Shown here piece by piece: positions 56,984 through 64,000 of a stretch of DNA of 64,000 nucleotides. The notes under the pieces are model-generated. The model was not told the DNA's origin and made no database searches. It worked only from the letters and a program-made list of their open reading frames with translations. The DNA lies in assembly GCA_012295275.1 (NCBI GenBank), contig CM022667.1, positions 2,356,001-2,420,000 of the forward strand, given 5' to 3'. How positions within the stretch are numbered: the stretch's first letter is position 1; the number at the start of each line of letters is the position of its first letter. This DNA is from Chrysomallon squamiferum (lineage: Eukaryota > Animalia > Mollusca). Made by a program: the position numbers and the translations under genes.

Positions 56984-57615
56984 GGCACAAAATGCAATGC
57001 ATTCATTAACTGATGAAAATGTTCAGGTTATCCTCATTTCTTTCTTATTTACTAAATTTCATTTATTTTTTTCGTTCTCACCATGAGATAAAAAAATATA
57101 AAGGAACAAAAAAAAGAGAAGAATTAATAAAATTTGATGCCTGTTTTTCAAACATAACAGTGGGAAAATTCGTGTTTTTTTTGTTTATTTTTATCATATA
57201 ATTGGTACACAAGAAACTTGATACTTAGTAACTGTCAACAATAAAATATGTTTATAGATTTTTTTATCTTTTTATTTTTATTTTCAAAACATTGTTTTGT
57301 TTTTAACTGGGAAACATAAGAATTAAAAAAAAAAGATAAATAAATAATCAGTAAAATAAAATGAAAAGAAAAATCACCCAAACCACAAACATTTGACAGT
57401 CATTCATAGCTTATATTTCAAACATAACAATGTGACAAGGTCACTTACCTGTAAATAAAAAAAGAATGCTTGTAAATTTAGACAGGTGAAAACGTTGTAA
57501 AAGGCAGGTGGATAAAGCATTAGACAAATTTATGTTTTATTGCTGTCACAGAGCTTTGTTTAATGTGTGTTAACAATTCTCTCTCTCTCTGTATTTTTTC
57601 ATTTCTCACACCAAT

Positions 57616-57648
<33 letters not shown>

Positions 57649-58142
57649 CTCTCTTTCTTTTTCCTCTCTCTTTCTCTCTCTCTCTCTCAACAGTGAAATA
57701 AACTCGTAATGTTTGATTTTCTTAGTTTAAATTTGATGTGTGTATTATGTGTTTAATTGTATTAACAATTCTTTCTTTCTCTGAATCTTTTTTCACACAC
57801 ACACACACACTGACAGACAGAATAAAATATATTCATACTTCTTATTTTCTTAGTTTAAATTTGATGTCTTATCTCTTTCTTGCTCTCTCTCTCTTTCTCT
57901 CTCTTTCTCACTTTCTTTCTTTTTCTCTCTGTCTCTCTCTTCCATTCTCTATTTGTATGTGTATGTATTTTTGTCTGAAAATATGAGTTGAGTTTACATA
58001 CAGATTTTCTTCAAAATTATTTTTATCACTTTCTCAGCAACATTAAGAATTATTTTGATAAGACCTTGGAGTTATTCTGATTAGTGTATTATTCATCTAC
58101 AAAAATCAGACAGTGCACTAAAATTACAGTGTTTAATTTCAG

Positions 58143-58227
58143 GAGCCACCAAAGAAATAGGATCAGCTTTGACGAGACTATGTATGAGGCATCATAATAT
58201 AGAATCAAAGCTCAAAACATTTACCAA
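58143..58227 (+). CDS. MTSS1: MTSS1-like exon 4 (ATKEIGSALTRLCMRHHNIESKLKTFT-N)
   Basis: tttaatttcag| acceptor, AA|gtaagt donor, 85 nt. Matches human GTREIGSALTRMCMRHRSIEAKL. Confidence 0.96.
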
Positions 58228-58742
58228 GTAAGTCTTCATTCACATTTTCTAAGCTGTACGTTGCCTCATTGTCTGGTTCCTCAAGATCTTCATGTCATTC
58301 CCAGTTTCCAGTTGTTATAGGTCTTATTTGAATTAATTTTATATGTCATGTTTATTTTATTTTATTTTTTTCAAAATATCTGGCCAAATGTTATAAACAA
58401 GCATATTTTATAATAGACTTTTTTTTAAATTATTTTTTTTTATATATTTAGTACACTGGCTTGTATAATTATTTTTTAGCTTTGTCTTCAGTATAGATTT
58501 CTAGTTAATAATCTCTTACTTTTCTGTCTTTTCTTAATTGTATTAATGGGAATTTTCAGACATTTTCTTCTTGACTTCACTCTAAAACTCTAGTCCCACA
58601 AAATATTGAGACAGGTATACAGTAAAATTACTGATGTAGTTTACTGTTTTGTTGATTGCTTTTTAAATATACTTATCAACAAAAGATGCACATGTCCTTA
58701 TTATAACCATATGTATTTTTTTTTTTTAAATTGTATTTTCAG

Positions 58743-58834
58743 TTCCATATTAGACAGTCTAGTAGTACCAATTCAGGAGAAGTTAGAGGACTGGAAGAAA
58801 GTTGTTGCTCAGTTAGACAAAGATCATGCAAAAG
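58743..58834 (+). CDS. MTSS1: MTSS1-like exon 5 (SILDSLVVPIQEKLEDWKKVVAQLDKDHAK-E)
   Basis: gtattttcag| acceptor, AAAG|gtataa donor, 92 nt. WKK..QLDKDHAKE motif; lies inside supplied ORF 58606-58959. Confidence 0.96.
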
Positions 58835-59294
58835 GTATAACTGAAATTTCTCAATGTTCAGTATATGTTTTTCTTTCATCTTATCCAGTACTTTTCATAC
58901 TAATTAGTTGGGGTTTTTTCAGATGGTGCTTTGCAGTAGATCATTATTTTGTATTCTGAGTTTTATATTTTGAATCCTCAAAGATTATAATAAAGATTAT
59001 TTTATTAGTTTATTTTCAGTAAAAAAACAAAATAGATGTATGTAGTATAACACATTATAAATACATACATACATACATACATATGGTTCACACATACACA
59101 CAGATACATATCCACATGCACATGGCACACACACACACACACAGACACAGACACACACATACTGGTGTACAAAATACAACACATTCATTAACTGGATGAA
59201 ATGTTCAGTTTTTATTTACATTGTCAGATCATGAATGGCAACTTACATCCTGCCAATGACCTTGACATTTACTTTTTTTTTGTTTGGTTTTCAG

Positions 59295-59369
59295 AATACA
59301 GAAGAGCTCGTCAGGAAATCAAAAAAGCAGCTTCAGACACGATGAAGTTACAGAAAAAAGTTAAGAAAG
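59295..59369 (+). CDS. MTSS1: MTSS1-like exon 6 (YRRARQEIKKAASDTMKLQKKVKK), basic membrane-binding tip of the I-BAR domain
   Basis: ggttttcag| acceptor, AAAG|gtaatt donor, 75 nt. Matches human YKKARQEIKKKSSDTLKLQKKAKK. No recognisable exon 7 before 64000. Confidence 0.95.
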
Positions 59370-59454
59370 GTAATTAAAGTTGGCCTAGCAACTAGATTTC
59401 TTTTCTTCAGTTTTTTTTGATGTATGTAAATTTCATGCAGCAGATTTCAGCAGC

Positions 59455-59790
59455 ATTTGTAGTAATAATACTAACAGCAGTGGTAATAGTAATAGTAGTA
59501 GGAGTAGTAGCAATAGCTGTAGTAGCAATATTAGTAGCAATAGTGGGAGTAGCAATAGTAGTAGGAATAATGGGAGTAGTGATAGTAGGAATAGTTGGAG
59601 TAGTGATAGTAGGAATAGGAAAAGTGGGAGTAGGGATAGTAGGAATAGGAAAAGTGGGAGTAGGGATAGTAGGAATAGTTAATAGTGGTAGTAGAAAGAA
59701 GTGAATAGCAACAGTAGTAGTAGTAGAAGTAGTAGTTGTAGTTGTAGTAGTATGTGTACTTGTTGTAGAAAGTGTAGTTGTTACAGTAAT
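59455..59790. repeat. Imperfect (GTA)n-derived tract with an internal 30-bp duplication
   Basis: aggaataggaaaagtgggagtagggatagt occurs twice (59611-59670). Confidence 0.9.
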
Positions 59791-60060
59791 AATAATATTA
59801 ACAACAACAAAAAGAGCACTATCATGTAGTAATGGTGATTAAATGAACTGTGAGGGGAAAAGAGGTGATGATGACAAACAGCATGTCAACTGACTGCTGA
59901 GTAAATTGACTAGATTAACTTCGTATTTGTCTCACTCAGTGTCAACTGTGGGTTTCTGATTTACAGTTGCACAGTTTCCTGTTAGCCTGACATTTCACAC
60001 AGGTCATCCCCCCAACAGTCTGTTATCAGTGATACACACCAGGCTTTTAACTGTTCCCAA

Positions 60061-60750
60061 ATACTACTACCACTACAACACTTCTTCCTCCTCCTCCTAG
60101 TACTACTACTACTACTACTACTACCACTACAACTACTACTATTACTATTACTACAGTACTTACTTTTCACTACTTCCACTAATACTATTGCTACTTCCAG
60201 TGCTGCTCTGAAATATGCTACTACTATTATTACTTCCACTAGAACTCTTCTTCCTACTCCTTCTACTACTACAACTACTACTGCTACTTACTACTACCAC
60301 TACTACTGCTCTTCCTGTTCCTTGAACTACTATTGCTGCTGCTTCTGCTACTACTACTGCTACCACCACTATTACTACAACTATTTACAACTACTACAAG
60401 TACTACTATTACTACTACTACTATTACTACTACCACTACCCTACTACTACAAGTACTATTATTACTGTACCACTGTTACTGTTAATACTGTTAGTACTTC
60501 TGCTATTCTAGTAATTTAGTGGTAGGACAAATGCTGCAGCTACTTATATTACTGTTACTGCTGTTAATGTTACTACATCATTACTGAAGCTGTTATTAGA
60601 AATAATGGAAATTGTTATTGCAATTTATACTGTTACTCTTACTATTGCTATTACAACAACAACTACTGCTGCTGCTACAACAGCTAATGCTACTACATCA
60701 TTATTATTGCTACTACAACGACAACCACTAAAGTTGCTACTGCTGCTTCC
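60061..60750. repeat. Imperfect (TAC)n tract
   Basis: Direct observation. Confidence 0.9.
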
Positions 60751-62401
60751 TTACAATTGTTAACTAATAATTATTACTCATAATTCTTAAAAAAAACTCC
60801 TTGTAACTGTTCTTCTTGAATTTTTAAAGTCTTTTTAGGGGGAAAAAAATGAAAAATGTGAGAACTTTATAACTGCCACCTGTTGTTAAATATTGGGGTT
60901 ACATCAGCATTTCTGTTTGTTTTTCCATCTGATGACTAAGCCAAAACTATTCCAGCTTATTGCTTTAGCAGTCAGGAAAAGTGTTTTTAGTGTAACAGCC
61001 AACAACTGCAAGTTGTCTGGGGTTGGCATTGTAACCTGGTTTTGTGCAGGTCATGACTTGGGGTTCATTAAGTGTGTGCACCAGTGTTGAGATTTTTAAA
61101 AAACCACGTTATTATGTGTTTATAGCCGAATTTTCTAAATATTTTTACAATATTGTGAACTGTATGCTTTTTGTCTTGATTATAAAAATGTTATTAATTA
61201 TGTGTTTATTGCTGAAGTTTCTAAATAGTTTTACAGTATTGTGAATAATATGCTTTTTGTATTGTTAACTGTTTATTTATTTATTTTTCATGTTTAGCTG
61301 CCAGTGTGTAGGATAGATAGATCTTTGTTATTTGTTGTTTTTTTTTTTTTTTTTTCATTTTGTTGCTTTCCTTTTTGATTTATTATTGTTGTTGTTTTAT
61401 TTTATTTCATTTTTCATTGGATTTCTTATTTTTTTTATTTTATTTATTTTATTTTTTTTTTTTTTTTTATTTATTTATTTATTCTTAGTGTATCAACAGT
61501 TCAAAAATAAAATAAAATGAAAAATAATATAATAATAATATATAAAGAAGAAAAAATACAGAATGTGCCAGTTTTCTAACTAGTCCATAAAATTAAATTT
61601 CAATATTTAGAAGTTATGAATTTGAAATTTCATAAAATATGTCATAAAATTTAACTTCACTGTCCATTTTCTTTAAAAAAACAACAACAAAAAAACATAA
61701 ACACACTCAGACATGCAACCCTTTAGGAAATCATACAATTAGTTTCTAGGGCAGCAGTAAAACTGTAACAGTATTTATTCAGCTTGAATCTGTTTTGTGA
61801 TTCAGCTCTAATACAAACTGCAGCGCGTTGTCACACTGAAGAAACACAATGCAGTGCATACATACAAGTAAGTAAAAACTCGAGGTTCACCTCAGTTCAA
61901 TGGTGGATAATGGTTCTGTTTGGGTGAAAAAAACTGCTGTAAGTTAATACATGACTGCTCAGATCACTTGAAAACAACCAATAGTTTGACAAGAAATACC
62001 TTCCACTACAACATACTTCCAATGCTTTCTCTCCTGAAATACGTTTTGACCCTTGACCCTGCTAGAGATGTTTTGTCCCTGAAACTGAAGTTGTTTAAAC
62101 TCCTTCAGTGAGGAAAGCTGATTATTATTATTATTATATTCTATTTGTTATGTTCTTCCAGGTATGTGCATATCCATGTCTCATGTCACATATGCACTCA
62201 AGCACACACATACACAGACATTTACAAGATAGATTTTCATTTAGGATCTGTAAAGCTTGTCTGTTGATGAAGAAACAAATAATTAATGATGCAAGTGAGA
62301 TTAGCATGCATTTACTAACTAGATGTATTACATCTAAAGTAGTGTGTACACATACATACACACACATCTCCAAAATTACTGTATAATGTATTTTTAAGCA
62401 G

Positions 62402-62433
<32 letters not shown>

Positions 62434-63229
62434 CTATATCTGGTATTCATTACTATATATTTTCAGGGTAGATTGTATTACCATGCCTCATAATTTGATG
62501 ATTCTAAACACTTCGCTAACGATAAAGTTCAGAATTACTGACAAAATCAACAGTAAAAGCTTATGCAATTATATTATTATTTATGTGCATGTAAATGGAG
62601 TTACCCAGACAACCAACAAACAAACAACCTAATCAGTCTAATTAGGAAACCAAGTTTATTTTTCTTCTAACAATACACACAAAAACACACATTAGTGCTT
62701 GTAGCAGACACACATGCATGCATGCACGCATGCACGTACCTTCATTATTCATACTTACTTACCATACTTACACGCATACTGATCATTATCTTGCTGCTGA
62801 TGAATCATAGAGGTGGGACAGCTGAACCTGTTTATGTCTGGCCATTTGCATTTTTCTTCCCACGAGCCATTGTATCCACCAGTTTCATTGCACATGTTTA
62901 GATATTCTATACACCTCTAGGTAACAGCAGTTTAGAACTGGTTACATTGTCGAGTTCATTTACATCCAAGTCTTTTGTTTTTAAAAGAGTCTTGTTGAAG
63001 ATTTTTTTTTTTTGGTTTTGTTTTTGGTTTGATGTAGAAAAGTTACGAGTTGTTATTTTTTTTTTTCTTTGTTCATATTTCATAACCAGGCTTTTTGTTA
63101 ACAACTGATTCAACAAAAGTTATTTATTATTATTGTTATTATTTTTTAGCATTATTTATTCATTTAACAAGTCCTTTATTATTAGTATTGTTGTTGTTAT
63201 TATTGTTGTTATTATTATTATTATTATTA

Positions 63230-63263
<34 letters not shown>

Positions 63264-63960
63264 TTAACATAACTTGTTCATTTAACAACGTTCTCCTTTT
63301 AGTTCTTTTTTTTATCTTTTTTTCTATCTTTTCTTATCATGGTCCTATCCATCACTCTCCAGATTTCCTAATGTTATTTTGGTGTTAATTTTTTCCTTTA
63401 CCTTCTCTGTCCATTCCATCATTTAGGAATCTTTTTCTTTCTACTCTTCTTTTTTATCTTTCTTATCTTTCTTTTCTTATTTTTCTTTCTTTTCTTTTAT
63501 TTCTTTCATTTTTTTTTTTTTTTTAAATGACAATAGCTTATTAAATAATGACAAAGTTATTATTTATTCAAATAATGTTTATGATTATTGTCTAATAATA
63601 GCTTCTTTGCCTTTTCTTCCACCCACCCTTCAAACCCATCCATCACTTTGTCAACAGTCTCGTTTTTAAATGTATATATATATTTTTAAATGATATGTGT
63701 GTGTGTGTTAACAACACAAAGGCAGAGATGCTTGGTTTTAAAGTAAAACCAAAGAAAGAAAAACTCCATTCTGGCAATACTTAATAACTGTTGGTGTTGT
63801 CTTACGCAGACTGAAGTTGTAGTATTTCCGTTTCTCTTTATTGTGAGGCAGACCTGCATGGGAAAAGTTGCTGATAACTCACATGATTCATGCATCCATC
63901 TGATATTTAGCTATTTCTGTCCACTTGATACGAAAACCATTCTTCTCCCAGGTTCTCTGT

Positions 63961-64000
<40 letters not shown>

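Noticed and set aside
59417-59704. Hydrophobic Gly/Val-rich ORF resembling a membrane protein
   Set aside because: Arises from a (GTA)n-derived intronic tract.
63940-63965. Acceptor for MTSS1 exon 7 (tcttctcccag|)
   Set aside because: Followed by (CA)n with no similarity to the expected next I-BAR segment.

Overview
AT-rich, microsatellite-dense animal (invertebrate, probably molluscan) genomic DNA, not prokaryotic. Nearly all supplied ORFs are low-complexity artefacts. The one well-supported gene is the 5' part of an MTSS1/MIM-family I-BAR (IMD) gene on the + strand. Six coding exons (18555-18632, 30710-30771, 33435-33508, 58143-58227, 58743-58834, 59295-59369) with GT-AG introns join into MEAGTNVEKDCSALGQLFQAIINDLRGGTPVWEDFTYKATKLHSSLKTTLIAISAFLDAFQKIADLATGSRGATKEIGSALTRLCMRHHNIESKLKTFTNSILDSLVVPIQEKLEDWKKVVAQLDKDHAKEYRRARQEIKKAASDTMKLQKKVKK; the gene probably continues beyond the window. 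The upstream 18 kb retains CpG and holds a probable decayed LGR/RXFP-type GPCR relic (- strand, ~13.9-15.1 kb) and an inverted repeat pair. The gene body is CpG-depleted and full of local tandem duplications. Most interesting observations: a tandem array that multiplied the exon-3 splice acceptor, three back-to-back uORFs, a decayed promoter copy in intron 1, several RFX X-boxes, and a possible alternative first exon and recursive splice site in intron 6. No clearly new biological system is demonstrable from sequence alone; these are hypotheses.
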